From contig JAZNUR010000097.1 in NCBI GenBank assembly GCA_045592405.1, forward strand, positions 7,220 through 71,219: 64,000 nt of DNA, read 5' to 3'. The position numbers were made by a program, and so were the translations under genes. The notes under the pieces were generated by a model. That model was not told the origin of the DNA. It did not search any database and saw nothing but the letters and a program-made list of their open reading frames with translations. The stretch is from Oscillospiraceae bacterium (GTDB taxonomy: Bacteria; Bacillota; Clostridia; Oscillospirales; Ruminococcaceae). Numbering within the stretch: position 1 is the first letter of the stretch; every line of letters begins with the position of its first letter. This document shows, one piece after another, positions 1 through 9,384 of this stretch.

Positions 1-255
1 TGTTCCGAGGACTGCCATCAAAAATGTCCAGACGACAGAAACAATGCAGATTGCAAGGAACATTTCTGTGAAATCAAAGGCAGCAGGAGCTGTTCCGATT
101 CCTTGTCTGAACAGCGATTCCTGCCAGATCATATGCGACGGGTACAGCACATACAGCACACTGCCAAGCAATGTACCGAGCAGTATTGCTATCAGAAACC
201 ATCGCAGCAGTTTATCATTCTTTCCGGAAATTCTGATACTTGTCCCAAAATGCAT
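1..255 (-). CDS. Membrane protein truncated by the window edge, possibly SpoIIM-like
   Basis: Not in the ORF track because there is no stop in the window. ATG at 255-253 is preceded by GAGGAG. The frame stays open for 85 codons to position 1 (MHFGTSIRISGKNDKLLRWFLIAILLGTLLGSVLYV...) and has hydrophobic TM segments. The product name is a weak guess from architecture. Confidence 0.4.
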   Translation of the reverse strand, partial: MHFGTSIRISGKNDKLLRWFLIAILLGTLLGSVLYVLYPSHMIWQESLFRQGIGTAPAAFDFTEMFLAICIVSVVWTFLMAVLGT

Positions 256-312
256 TGCACATCAACTCCTCATCAGAGTTTATGCGGCATCGGGGCAAAT
301 CAGAACTGTATT

Positions 313-1113
313 TTATTTTGAAAGTTCATAAGCACGCTTTGTACAAGCGGTGCAGGCAGCGTCAACCGTTTCCTCAAGTTTACCTGCATAGAGCTTGTCA
401 AGACCTGCAAGCGTTGTTCCGCCCGGAGAAGATACCATACGAATGAGTTCTTCGATTGTATAGCCGGACTCCGTCAGCATCTTAGCAGAACCAATGAGGC
501 TCTGTGCAAACAGGGGTAATGCAGTTTCCTGTGCAATCCCCTCTTTTGCGGCATAGTCCACAAACGCCTTTGCAAAGAGATAGATAAATGCCGGACTACT
601 GCCGTTAACTGCAATAATTTCCTTCATCTTGTCTTCTGGAAGCTCTGCGGTTTCACCGCAAGCATCGAACATACTGCGTACCACTGCAAATTCCTCATCC
701 GTTGTCGGAGTGGATTTTGCAAGAGCGGACGCACCTGCTCCAAGCAAAAGCGGAGTGTTTGGCATGACCAAGATCACCTTCGCATTCGGAATGGTCTTGC
801 TGCGGATGTACTCAGCTGTAATGCCCGCCGCAATCGAAACCAGAACGGTTTCCTCCGTAACTGCCGAGGCAAGATCCTCCAAAACTGCATCAAACATCTG
901 GGGCTTGACTGCAAGGAACACGTATTTACACTTGTTCAACACCTCAATACCGGATGCACATGAAGAAATACCGTACTGCGACAGCCGTTCAAGCTTTTCT
1001 GTATCGGGATCAAAAGCAAAAATCTGCATGGAATTTCCAAGCTCGCTTTCTGCTGCTCCCTTCATGATAGCAAAACCCATATTTCCTGCACCGATAAAAC
1101 CAACTGTTGTCAT
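313..1113 (-). CDS. proC: Pyrroline-5-carboxylate reductase
   Basis: N-terminal Rossmann motif VGFIGAGNMG. The C-terminal SSPGGTT motif is typical of ProC. 266 aa. Confidence 0.9.
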   Translation of the reverse strand: MTTVGFIGAGNMGFAIMKGAAESELGNSMQIFAFDPDTEKLERLSQYGISSCASGIEVLNKCKYVFLAVKPQMFDAVLEDLASAVTEETVLVSIAAGITAEYIRSKTIPNAKVILVMPNTPLLLGAGASALAKSTPTTDEEFAVVRSMFDACGETAELPEDKMKEIIAVNGSSPAFIYLFAKAFVDYAAKEGIAQETALPLFAQSLIGSAKMLTESGYTIEELIRMVSSPGGTTLAGLDKLYAGKLEETVDAACTACTKRAYELSK

Positions 1114-1144
1114 AATCGTTCACCAAACCTTTCTCTTGTATTAT

Positions 1145-1185
1145 ACAACAAAATGCACAAAATTGCAAGACAAAATTGTGCATTT
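1145..1185 (-). terminator. Intrinsic terminator after folT
   Basis: 10-bp arms AAATGCACAA/TTGTGCATTT (1151-1160 and 1176-1185). On the minus strand they are followed by TTTTGTTG. Confidence 0.5.
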
Positions 1186-1213
1186 CGAAAATTTTCATTT
1201 TTAGGTAATTTTA

Positions 1214-1831
1214 CTATGCCCGTTTCAATCCCACACGTGTACGCCGATAGGCAGAAAGTGCAATCGGAAGCATGACGAACAAAAGCGGAAGATCCACAAG
1301 CAATTCCAGCATATTCTTGGTCAGACGTCCTGCAATGGCAACGTGCAGAGCCTCGGAAGGAATGAATCCATAATACAGATTCAGTGCTGTATTCAGCACA
1401 AGGTTGATGATTACCACATCCAGAAGTCTTGCAAGTGCCGCACGCAAAAGCAGCATGATGTCGAACGATTTGCCGCTGCGGCCCGTTACATTCAACGAGC
1501 GTCCGGTATTCTTATGATACAGGCAAACTCCATAAATAACACCCTGCAGTCCGGCAACCAATGTATAGACCGGCAGAAAGGAACCTGTGGGATGCACCAT
1601 GAATCCAACAAAGTCACAGGCAAGACCGGCAACAAAACCAACAGTGGGTCCGAACAGCATACCAATTACGGCAATGGCAAGGAATGCAAAATTCACCTTT
1701 GCAAATCCAATGTCAATTGAAAACATCTCCAGCACCATAGAAATTGCAATAAATATTGCAGTGATACATACAGTCAGGAGATTGCCGAATTCTTTTGCAG
1801 AATCCGAAAACATAGAAAAAAAGCTCTTCAT
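1214..1831 (-). CDS. folT: Folate-family ECF transporter S component
   Basis: 205-aa polytopic membrane protein with FolT-like sequence. It lies directly downstream of a THF riboswitch. RBS AAAGGAGG. Confidence 0.7.
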   Translation of the reverse strand: MKSFFSMFSDSAKEFGNLLTVCITAIFIAISMVLEMFSIDIGFAKVNFAFLAIAVIGMLFGPTVGFVAGLACDFVGFMVHPTGSFLPVYTLVAGLQGVIYGVCLYHKNTGRSLNVTGRSGKSFDIMLLLRAALARLLDVVIINLVLNTALNLYYGFIPSEALHVAIAGRLTKNMLELLVDLPLLFVMLPIALSAYRRTRVGLKRA

Positions 1832-1891
1832 AATATACCTCCTTTATGCGAGCCATGCAGCTTCGTGCATAATTCAAAGGCATATGAGAGC

Positions 1892-2002
1892 TTCAAATTA
1901 TACATTCAGCGGGATGCGAAACCTGTACCGCAAGGATTTCCTTTTCGTCCGGCCAACAACTCCCCGTTTGACCAGCACTTAACGCACAAGCTTCTACTCT
2001 GT
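1892..2002 (-). promoter_or_regulatory. THF (tetrahydrofolate) riboswitch
   Basis: The minus strand reads ACAGAGUAGAAGCUUGUGCGUUAAGUGCUGGUCAAACGGGGAGUUG...ACGAAAAGG...GCGGUACAGGUUUCGCAUCCCGCUG. The blocks AGAGUAG, GCGUUAAGUG, GGGA and GCAUCC(C)GCU match the conserved THF-I core as I remember it from the Eubacterium siraeum element. It sits upstream of folT. Confidence 0.75.
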
Positions 2003-2010
2003 ATGATAAT

Positions 2011-2042
2011 CAGCCGACGGCGTTTTCTACGCCGTCAGCCGG
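2011..2042 (-). terminator. Hairpin after pfkA
   Basis: GACGGCG-N7-CGCCGTC stem immediately after the pfkA stop. The U-tract is weak. Confidence 0.4.
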
Positions 2043-2052
2043 AATATCTGAA

Positions 2053-3018
2053 TTAATACGCTGTTTCAGTCAGAATATCATATCTCTCGTCGATGAAAGG
2101 CTTCTTCATTGCCAGACCTTCCTGCAGATCAATATCAAAAATCTTACCATTCTTCAGACCAACAATTCGATTGCCGATTCCCTGCTCAAGCAAGGATACT
2201 GCATGATAACCCATCTCTGTAGCAACCACTCTGTCACGAACCGTGGGAGAACCTCCTCGCTGAACGTGTCCGAGAATTGTTGCTCTCGACTCAATACCCG
2301 TCATTTCCTGAATGGATCTTGCAATGTTTTCTGCCTGTCCAACACCCTCGGCTACGACAACGATAAAATGATTCTTGCCACCCTTGGAATCACGTGTACG
2401 AACCATTTTCGCTGCAATTGCGTTCAGATCATAAGGACGCTCCAGTGTGATTGCAGCTTCTGCACCAACTGCCATTGCAACATTTACCGCAATAAAGCCT
2501 GCACGTCTGCCCATTACTTCAACAACGGAACAGCGAGCGTGGGACTGTGTGGTATCACGGAGCTTGTCGATCATCTCCATGGCCGTGTTCATAGCTGTAT
2601 CATAACCGATGGTATACTCTGTACACTGAATATCATTATCAATTGTACCGGGAATACCAATGCAGGGAATGCCCACGGAGGACAGGTCACCCGCACCACG
2701 GAAAGAACCGTCGCCGCCGATTACTACCAGACCTTCAATACCGATTTCCTCACAAACTTCCTTACCCTTCATAACGCCATCCATGTTGCGGAATTCAGGA
2801 CAGCGAGCTGTATACAAGCAAGTACCGCCTCTCTGAATGATACCGGAAACACTTCTTGCGGTCATATCTACAAATTCACGGTTGAGCAGACCAACATATC
2901 CTCTCTGGATACCTACTACTTCCATTCCCTTGGACAGTGCAGCACGAGTTACCGCTCTGACAGCGGCGTTCATACCCGGAGCGTCACCGCCGCTGGTCAA
3001 TACGCCAATCTTCTTCAT
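2053..3018 (-). CDS. pfkA: ATP-dependent 6-phosphofructokinase
   Basis: MKKIGVLTSGGDAPGMNAAVRAV N-terminus and GGDGS motif. Start moved to the ATG at 3018, which matches homologue N-termini; the track ORF starts at 3048. Confidence 0.9.
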   Translation of the reverse strand: MKKIGVLTSGGDAPGMNAAVRAVTRAALSKGMEVVGIQRGYVGLLNREFVDMTARSVSGIIQRGGTCLYTARCPEFRNMDGVMKGKEVCEEIGIEGLVVIGGDGSFRGAGDLSSVGIPCIGIPGTIDNDIQCTEYTIGYDTAMNTAMEMIDKLRDTTQSHARCSVVEVMGRRAGFIAVNVAMAVGAEAAITLERPYDLNAIAAKMVRTRDSKGGKNHFIVVVAEGVGQAENIARSIQEMTGIESRATILGHVQRGGSPTVRDRVVATEMGYHAVSLLEQGIGNRIVGLKNGKIFDIDLQEGLAMKKPFIDERYDILTETAY

Positions 3019-3066
3019 ATACATCCATTCTCCATTCTGCAATCGCAAAAATTAAGTTACTATATT

Positions 3067-3095
3067 ATTTTACAACATTTGTGCGGTTCTGTCAA
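3067..3095 (-). promoter_or_regulatory. Sigma-A-type promoter for pfkA
   Basis: Minus strand has TTGACA, a 17-nt spacer, then TAAAAT. Confidence 0.5.
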
Positions 3096-3174
3096 GCCCT
3101 TTTTCGCTTTTATTATGGGAAATCATTTTCATGCTCTGTCCTTCTCTTATGTCTTTCATTCAGCAAGTCATCTT

Positions 3175-6100
3175 TCACCCCATAGAACGCAGTGCAGGAA
3201 TGCATCCGATCTGTTCATACGGAATAACAGCACAGAGTTTCTCATAAAAACGCTCGGAAATCTCAACAGTCATTCTGCGTTTTGGCTTGACATATTTCTT
3301 CTCATTCGTCAGATACAGCACAACTTCGGTATCTCCGTGAAATTGTGAGCATAGTGACTCCACCTGTTCGAGCAAGTGCAAGTCCGCACGTTCCAATTTC
3401 AGGCAAAGCTGCATCTGTCTGAGCATCAGGGGAAGATCATCCTGTGAGCGAATGCTTTCCGCAATCACGGTCACTTCATCATCTTTTTTTGAAACACTGC
3501 CAATCAAATATAGCACACCATCCGCTTTCAGACGCTGTGACGAAATGCTGTATAATTTGGGAAACACCACGGTATCAATTGCTCCGCCCGCATCTTCCAC
3601 AGTGGCAAAACACATTTCCTCACCCTTTTTGGTGCGATGCTTTTTGACGCTCTGTACAATACAGAACAGCCTGACATTCTGTTTGTCCGACACACGCCTG
3701 CCCTTATCCGCTGTCAGTTCCGAAATCGCATCACAATGCAGCAAGGACTGCAGATAACGGAAATGATCCATTGGGTGTCCTGTAATATACATTCCCGTAG
3801 CATCCTTTTCCATTTGCAGACGATGTGTGAGATCATATTCTTCGGCAGGCGGAATGATCAGATCCGACGCTGCAGCGGTATCCATTTCACCAAACAGACT
3901 CATCTGTCCTTCCATTGCCTGATCACTCTGACTGACTGCATCCATCACATATTCATACTGCAGCATCATCTGACGGCGATTACAGTCAAGCCCATCAAGT
4001 GCTCCCGACTGGATCAATGCTTCCAAAGCACGTTTGTTCATCCCCAACTCGGACATCCGTCGGCAAAAATCCACAAACCCCTTGAATGCCCCGTTTCTGC
4101 GGCGTTCCATAGTCATTTTATCAATGAGTCCCTTGCCAAGATTACGGATGGCAAGTAGACCGAATTCCAAATGCCCGTCACGATGGGAAAAACCCCATTC
4201 ACCTGTATTCACGCTCGGAGGACGAATCTCAAGTCCGGCATTGCGGCATTCCTCCATATACGCCAGCAGCTTCGGAGATTCGGATATTACGCTTGTCATA
4301 AGAGCTGCCATATAATCCGCAAAATAATGGACTTTCAGATAGGCTGTCTGATAGGCGATCAGTGCATAGGCAGCCGCATGGGATTTATTGAACGCATAGG
4401 AGGCAAAACTCTCCATCTGGTCAAAGATCTGCTCGGCAATTTCCAGAGGAACGCCATTTGCAACGGCACCGACACAGCCATCATCCTTTCCGGAACCATA
4501 CAGGAAAACCTGACGTTCCTGTTCCATTTCACTTTGGTGTTTCTTTGACATGGCTCGGCGTACAAGATCGGCTCTGCCGTAGGAATAGCCGGCAAGCTTA
4601 CGGCAGATCTGCATTACCTGCTCTTGATACAAAATACATCCATAGGTCACATCAAGAATGTCCTCCAGCATTGGATGCAGATAACGAACGCTTTCCGGAT
4701 TGTGACGATTGTGAATATAAGTGGAAATCGAATCCATCGGCCCCGGTCGATACAGAGCAAGGACTGCAATAATGTCCTCGATATTCTCCGGTTTCAGACG
4801 CATAATCACCTGCCGCATCCCACTGCTTTCGAGCTGGAACACGCCGGATGTATTCCCCTTTGCAAGCTGGCGGAATACCTCTGCATCATCCATTGGAATA
4901 TTATCAATGGAAAAATCCGGTGTATGACGACAGACATCTCTGACGCAGTCACGAATGGTGGTAAGATTTCGCAGTCCGAGAAAATCCATTTTCAAGAGTC
5001 CCAGACGTTCCAGCACATCCTTATCGTACTGTGTCATAATCATCTCGTCATTTTTGATAAGTGGAACATAATCGCTCACGGGAGATGCTGCGATCACAAC
5101 TCCGGCAGCGTGTTTTGTAATATGGCGTGGCATACCTTCGATTTTCATTGCCATATCCAGAAGCCGCCGCACCTGTTCATCACTTTCATACATAGACTTC
5201 AATTCCCTTGTCTGGGAAATTGCCTGTTCGATCGTCAGTTTGCCGTCGATCAGCTTCGCAGTTTTGTCTGCAACCGCATAGGGAATGTTCATTACACGCC
5301 CGACATCTCGCACTGCCGCACGAGCTTTCAGGGTATCGAACGCAATGATCTCAGCAACATGATCACTGCCATAACGCTGCAGGACATAATCCTTGACCGC
5401 CTGTCTGCCCTCGATACAGAAGTCGATATCAAAATCGGGCATACTGACACGCTCAGGATTCAAAAATCGCTCGAAGAGGAGCTTTCCTGCAATCGGATCA
5501 ACACCCGTAATTCCCATACAATAGGCACAAAGACTGCCTGCACCCGAACCTCTGCCCGGTCCGACGGGAATATTCCGTCTTTTTGCGTAGCGGATAAAAT
5601 CCCAGACAATCAGAAAATAATCCACAAAGCCCATCTTTTCGATGACACTGATTTCATAAGCAAGACGCTGTTTCACATCATCCGAGGGGGAATTTCCATA
5701 ACGCATATGCATTCCCTTTACACAAAGGGCACGCAGATAGGCGGAATTGTCCGTTACGCCTTCCTTCACATAATGCGGCAGCTTTCGTTCACCAAACGTG
5801 AACGTCACTTTGCAGCGATCGGCAATCTTTCGGCTGTTGGTGATCGCTTCCGGAAGATTTGGGAAAAGTGCTGCCATTTCCTGTGTGGATTTCAGGTAAA
5901 ATTCATTCGTGGTAAATCCCATTCCATTCGGCTCATCAATGGTTTTGCCAGTCTGCACACAAAGCAGAACTTTTTGCATTGCTGCATCACTTTTGGTAAG
6001 ATAATGAGCGTCATTCGTTGCGACAAGGGGAATTTCCAATTCTCGTGCAAGCCGCAGAAGCTGCGGCATGATCCGGCGTTCTTCTGCAATGCCGTGATCC

Positions 6101-6636
6101 TGTATTTCAAGAAAATAATTATCGTTTCCGAAAATTTCCCGATATCGCATTGCCGCTTCTTTGGCACTATGATAATTACCTTCCAGCAACAGCCGTGGAA
6201 CTTCCCCGGCAATACAGGCTGAAAGGCAAATCAAACCCCTATGGTATTTTTTGAGCAGCTCAAAATCAATTCTCGGCTTTTTATAAAATCCCTCCGTATT
6301 CGAAAGAGAAACAAGCTTGATGAGATTCTGATAGCCCTCATTATTTTCGCAGAGAAGCACCAGATGATAGCTTTTGCCGTCAAGAACAGGATCCTTGTCA
6401 AATCGGGTTCTCTGTGCAACATACACCTCACAGCCGATGATCGGACGAATTCCTGCTTCAAGAGCAGCGTCATAAAATGCAACTGCTGCATAGAGGTTTC
6501 CGTGATCTGTGACAGCAACCGCAGTCTGTCCCTGAGACTTTGCTTGTTCGACGAGCTGCGTCAGCCTGCACGCACCGTCAAGGAGACTGTATTCACTATG
6601 CACATGAAGATGTACAAAGTCATCAGCAGATACCAT
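3175..6636 (-). CDS. dnaE: DNA polymerase III alpha subunit (DnaE type)
   Basis: PHP-domain start FVHLHVHSEYSLLDG, and a pol III alpha core over about 1150 aa. Start set at M14 of the track ORF, giving a 14-nt overlap with the whiA stop. Confidence 0.95.
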   Translation of the reverse strand: MVSADDFVHLHVHSEYSLLDGACRLTQLVEQAKSQGQTAVAVTDHGNLYAAVAFYDAALEAGIRPIIGCEVYVAQRTRFDKDPVLDGKSYHLVLLCENNEGYQNLIKLVSLSNTEGFYKKPRIDFELLKKYHRGLICLSACIAGEVPRLLLEGNYHSAKEAAMRYREIFGNDNYFLEIQDHGIAEERRIMPQLLRLARELEIPLVATNDAHYLTKSDAAMQKVLLCVQTGKTIDEPNGMGFTTNEFYLKSTQEMAALFPNLPEAITNSRKIADRCKVTFTFGERKLPHYVKEGVTDNSAYLRALCVKGMHMRYGNSPSDDVKQRLAYEISVIEKMGFVDYFLIVWDFIRYAKRRNIPVGPGRGSGAGSLCAYCMGITGVDPIAGKLLFERFLNPERVSMPDFDIDFCIEGRQAVKDYVLQRYGSDHVAEIIAFDTLKARAAVRDVGRVMNIPYAVADKTAKLIDGKLTIEQAISQTRELKSMYESDEQVRRLLDMAMKIEGMPRHITKHAAGVVIAASPVSDYVPLIKNDEMIMTQYDKDVLERLGLLKMDFLGLRNLTTIRDCVRDVCRHTPDFSIDNIPMDDAEVFRQLAKGNTSGVFQLESSGMRQVIMRLKPENIEDIIAVLALYRPGPMDSISTYIHNRHNPESVRYLHPMLEDILDVTYGCILYQEQVMQICRKLAGYSYGRADLVRRAMSKKHQSEMEQERQVFLYGSGKDDGCVGAVANGVPLEIAEQIFDQMESFASYAFNKSHAAAYALIAYQTAYLKVHYFADYMAALMTSVISESPKLLAYMEECRNAGLEIRPPSVNTGEWGFSHRDGHLEFGLLAIRNLGKGLIDKMTMERRRNGAFKGFVDFCRRMSELGMNKRALEALIQSGALDGLDCNRRQMMLQYEYVMDAVSQSDQAMEGQMSLFGEMDTAAASDLIIPPAEEYDLTHRLQMEKDATGMYITGHPMDHFRYLQSLLHCDAISELTADKGRRVSDKQNVRLFCIVQSVKKHRTKKGEEMCFATVEDAGGAIDTVVFPKLYSISSQRLKADGVLYLIGSVSKKDDEVTVIAESIRSQDDLPLMLRQMQLCLKLERADLHLLEQVESLCSQFHGDTEVVLYLTNEKKYVKPKRRMTVEISERFYEKLCAVIPYEQIGCIPALRSMG

Positions 6637-7543
6637 TTGACGCCTCCTCCCGATACTTATCCGCAATCGCTGCAAGCTTGCGGAAACGATGATTCACCCC
6701 TGAACGTCCTATGGGCTTGGAAAGCATTTCCCCAAGATCCTGCAGGCTCAGATGCGGATTGTCAAGGCGAAGTTCGGCAAGCTCTCGCAGATCTGCCGAA
6801 AGCTCTTTCATTCCGTCATGACAAATTATTGTGCGAATGTCATCCTGCTGCTTTTCCGATGCGGAAATTACTTTATCAATATTTGCCATATCACAATTGT
6901 TCAGACGATTCACATTATTTTTGACTTCTTTATCTATCTTGATGTCGATCAGTTCCAGTGTGCATCGCTGTGCACCCATAAAAGTCAGCAAATCGCCGAT
7001 TTCCTCACTTACCTTAAGATAGGCAGAGTGGGCATAACGGCGTTTTGTTGTATTCGGATGGACACCGACACTGAGCAGTACATCGCACAGATCACTGCAA
7101 AGCTCTTCTGTCGGTGTTGTAAATTCCAGATGATAGTCCTTATTCGGATCGGTCATGCTGCCGCAGGTCAGAAATACACCCCCAAGAAACATACCGATAC
7201 TGTTTGTCGGAAGATTTCGCATATCTATGCGTCGTGCCTCGTGTATGTGGAAGGTTCTGCGGATTCCGGTTACCGCTTCCTTGCCGCAGATGCGGTAGAT
7301 ATACAGCATAGTACCATCTTTTCTCGGCTTATGTGTGATTTCGAGCGGAATTGCCGCACCGAATACGGTTTTCATCAGCACTGGAAAAACAGAATCGAAT
7401 ATCTCGCTTTCGCTTTTCAAACAGATCTCATCCTTTGTCAGCGTGCGGCAATACAGAAGCATTCCGTATAGACAGGCAAAACGCTTGTCCTGATCATTTA
7501 TGGTGCTGCGAATGCTTTCACGCACATTGTCGGAAAAAGACAT
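6623..7543 (-). CDS. whiA: DNA-binding protein WhiA
   Basis: Degenerate LAGLIDADG-like core (FLGGVFLTCGSMTDPNKDYHLEF) plus a C-terminal HTH (LSLQDLGEMLSKPIGRSGVNHRFRKL). The ATG at 7543 follows GGGGGTGAAAGGA. Confidence 0.9.
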   Translation of the reverse strand: MSFSDNVRESIRSTINDQDKRFACLYGMLLYCRTLTKDEICLKSESEIFDSVFPVLMKTVFGAAIPLEITHKPRKDGTMLYIYRICGKEAVTGIRRTFHIHEARRIDMRNLPTNSIGMFLGGVFLTCGSMTDPNKDYHLEFTTPTEELCSDLCDVLLSVGVHPNTTKRRYAHSAYLKVSEEIGDLLTFMGAQRCTLELIDIKIDKEVKNNVNRLNNCDMANIDKVISASEKQQDDIRTIICHDGMKELSADLRELAELRLDNPHLSLQDLGEMLSKPIGRSGVNHRFRKLAAIADKYREEASNGIC

Positions 7544-7560
7544 TCCTTTCACCCCCGCAT

Positions 7561-8418
7561 TTATCTTGCAATATCCCGGTGCAATTTGTGCACATGGTAT
7601 CCTTTTTCTGTTAATGCGTCGCTCACAAGCTCCGCAAATGTGATGGAACGATGCTTACCGCCCGTGCATCCAAAAGCGATGACAAGCTGACTCTTTCCCT
7701 CCGAAATATAGAGGGGCAGCAGAAATTCCAGCATATCCATAAATTTGGAAAGCAGTTCTCTTGACTGCGGAAACTGCATGACATAATCACGCACACAGCT
7801 CTCACATCCCGTGTGTTCCTTCAGTTCAGGAATATAGAAGGGATTCGGCAGGCATCTGACATCGAGCACGAGGTCTGATTCCGTGGAAACACCGTACTTA
7901 TATCCAAAGGACATCACCTTTATCAGCAGGGAATCGGATTTTTCGGCAAGGAACATTCCCTTGATTTCTTCTTTCAGCTGGGAAACACTCAAATGGGAAG
8001 TTTCCACATAATAATCCGCAATCACTCGCATCTGCTGCAGTTGCTCACGTTCATAGTTGATTGCTTCCTGCAGAGAACCGCATTTATCGCCAAGCGGATG
8101 CTTGCGGCGTGTTTCTTTATAACGCTGGATAAGCACCTCGTCCGAAGCTGCCGTAAATACGACCTTGACATCCACGTTGGAGCCATGCTTCAGATCATAC
8201 CAGCTGCTGTATATATCGGAAAGCATTCCGCCGGAGCGAATGTCCACGGCAATTGCCACTTTAGTGATGCCATTTTCCGCCTGTTCGCAAATCTCCACGA
8301 ACTTCGGGATCAACTGCGGCGGAAGATTATCGATACAATAATAACCGATATCCTCCATAACCTGCATTACCACGGATTTTCCGGAACCGGACATACCGGT
8401 GATCATAACCAGCTGCAT
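7561..8418 (-). CDS. rapZ: RNase adapter / nucleotide-binding protein RapZ (YvcJ)
   Basis: ITGMSGSGKS Walker A and YYCIDNLPP motif. 285 aa. Confidence 0.9.
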   Translation of the reverse strand: MQLVMITGMSGSGKSVVMQVMEDIGYYCIDNLPPQLIPKFVEICEQAENGITKVAIAVDIRSGGMLSDIYSSWYDLKHGSNVDVKVVFTAASDEVLIQRYKETRRKHPLGDKCGSLQEAINYEREQLQQMRVIADYYVETSHLSVSQLKEEIKGMFLAEKSDSLLIKVMSFGYKYGVSTESDLVLDVRCLPNPFYIPELKEHTGCESCVRDYVMQFPQSRELLSKFMDMLEFLLPLYISEGKSQLVIAFGCTGGKHRSITFAELVSDALTEKGYHVHKLHRDIAR

Positions 8419-8458
8419 AATTCACACCCCTTAAAAGCTGTATCAAATCTATGTCAAA

Positions 8459-9358
8459 TTAACCAAGCAGAATCGGCTCAAGCTCCAATACATAGCCGGT
8501 TTTTTCCTGTACCTCTGCTTTCACTTCCTCACAAAGCCGGAGGACATCCGCACAGCTTGCATTGCCCTTGTTGACAACAAAACCACAATGCTTTTCGCTG
8601 ACCTGTGCATCACCGACTGCCCTTCCTTTGAGACCGCATTGATCAATCAGCAAGGAGGCATAGCTCCCCTCCGGACGCTTGAATGTACTGCCCGCACTTG
8701 GAAATTCCAACGGCTGTTTGGTTTTACGCTGTATAAGCAGTTCATCCATCTTCTGATAGATTTCATCCTGATTGCCCGGTGCAAGGGACAATGTAACACT
8801 GACAATCACACCGCCATTTTCGGAAAAAATACTATGACGATAGGAAAGTTCCATCTCAGAAGGCTCCATTGTGCAGAGCTTGCCCTCATCGGAAACGTAC
8901 ATACAGCTGACAACGATATCCTTCATTTCGCTGCCGTAAGCACCGGCGTTCATGTACAAAGCTCCGCCGATGGTTCCGGGAATTCCGCTTAAACACTCCA
9001 TGCCGCTCAGGGAATGCTCTGCCGCAAGACGTGCCGCAGCACCGAGCGATGCTCCCGCCTGACAGGTCATTACATGATCGGAAAGGGTTATCTGTGCAAA
9101 ATCATTGCCAAGATGCAGGATAACCCCACGAAAACCTGCGTCCGCCGCAAGAATATTACTGCCCTTACCCATTATAAAATAAGGGATCTTCATTGTTTTA
9201 CAATATTGCAGCAATGCCTGCAATCCCTGAACGGAAGAAATCTCCACCCAGAAATCCGCAGTTCCGCCAATGCGGAAGGTCGTATGCCGTGACAGATTGA
9301 CATCCGTTTCCAAACGGCAGCCATACTGTTCACATAAATGCTGCAGCTGTTCTTTCAT
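8459..9358 (-). CDS. murB: UDP-N-acetylenolpyruvoylglucosamine reductase
   Basis: FAD-binding N-terminus RHTTFRIGGTADF and the MurB C-terminal domain. RBS GGAGG. Confidence 0.9.
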   Translation of the reverse strand: MKEQLQHLCEQYGCRLETDVNLSRHTTFRIGGTADFWVEISSVQGLQALLQYCKTMKIPYFIMGKGSNILAADAGFRGVILHLGNDFAQITLSDHVMTCQAGASLGAAARLAAEHSLSGMECLSGIPGTIGGALYMNAGAYGSEMKDIVVSCMYVSDEGKLCTMEPSEMELSYRHSIFSENGGVIVSVTLSLAPGNQDEIYQKMDELLIQRKTKQPLEFPSAGSTFKRPEGSYASLLIDQCGLKGRAVGDAQVSEKHCGFVVNKGNASCADVLRLCEEVKAEVQEKTGYVLELEPILLG

Positions 9359-9384
9359 ATAGCTCCTCCAAGTGACTTATACCA

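Noticed and set aside
2203-3348. 381-aa plus-strand ORF overlapping pfkA and the pfkA/dnaE spacer
   Set aside because: It is antisense to pfkA and crosses a predicted promoter region. The sequence is low-complexity and Cys/Asn/Thr-rich.
4624-6222. 532-aa ORF on the plus strand opposite dnaE, with several smaller ones (3637-4158, 6241-6924)
   Set aside because: It is a shadow ORF antisense to a gene with unmistakable DnaE motifs. Its composition is odd (rich in Cys, His, Ile and Phe), and it has no RBS or recognisable domain.
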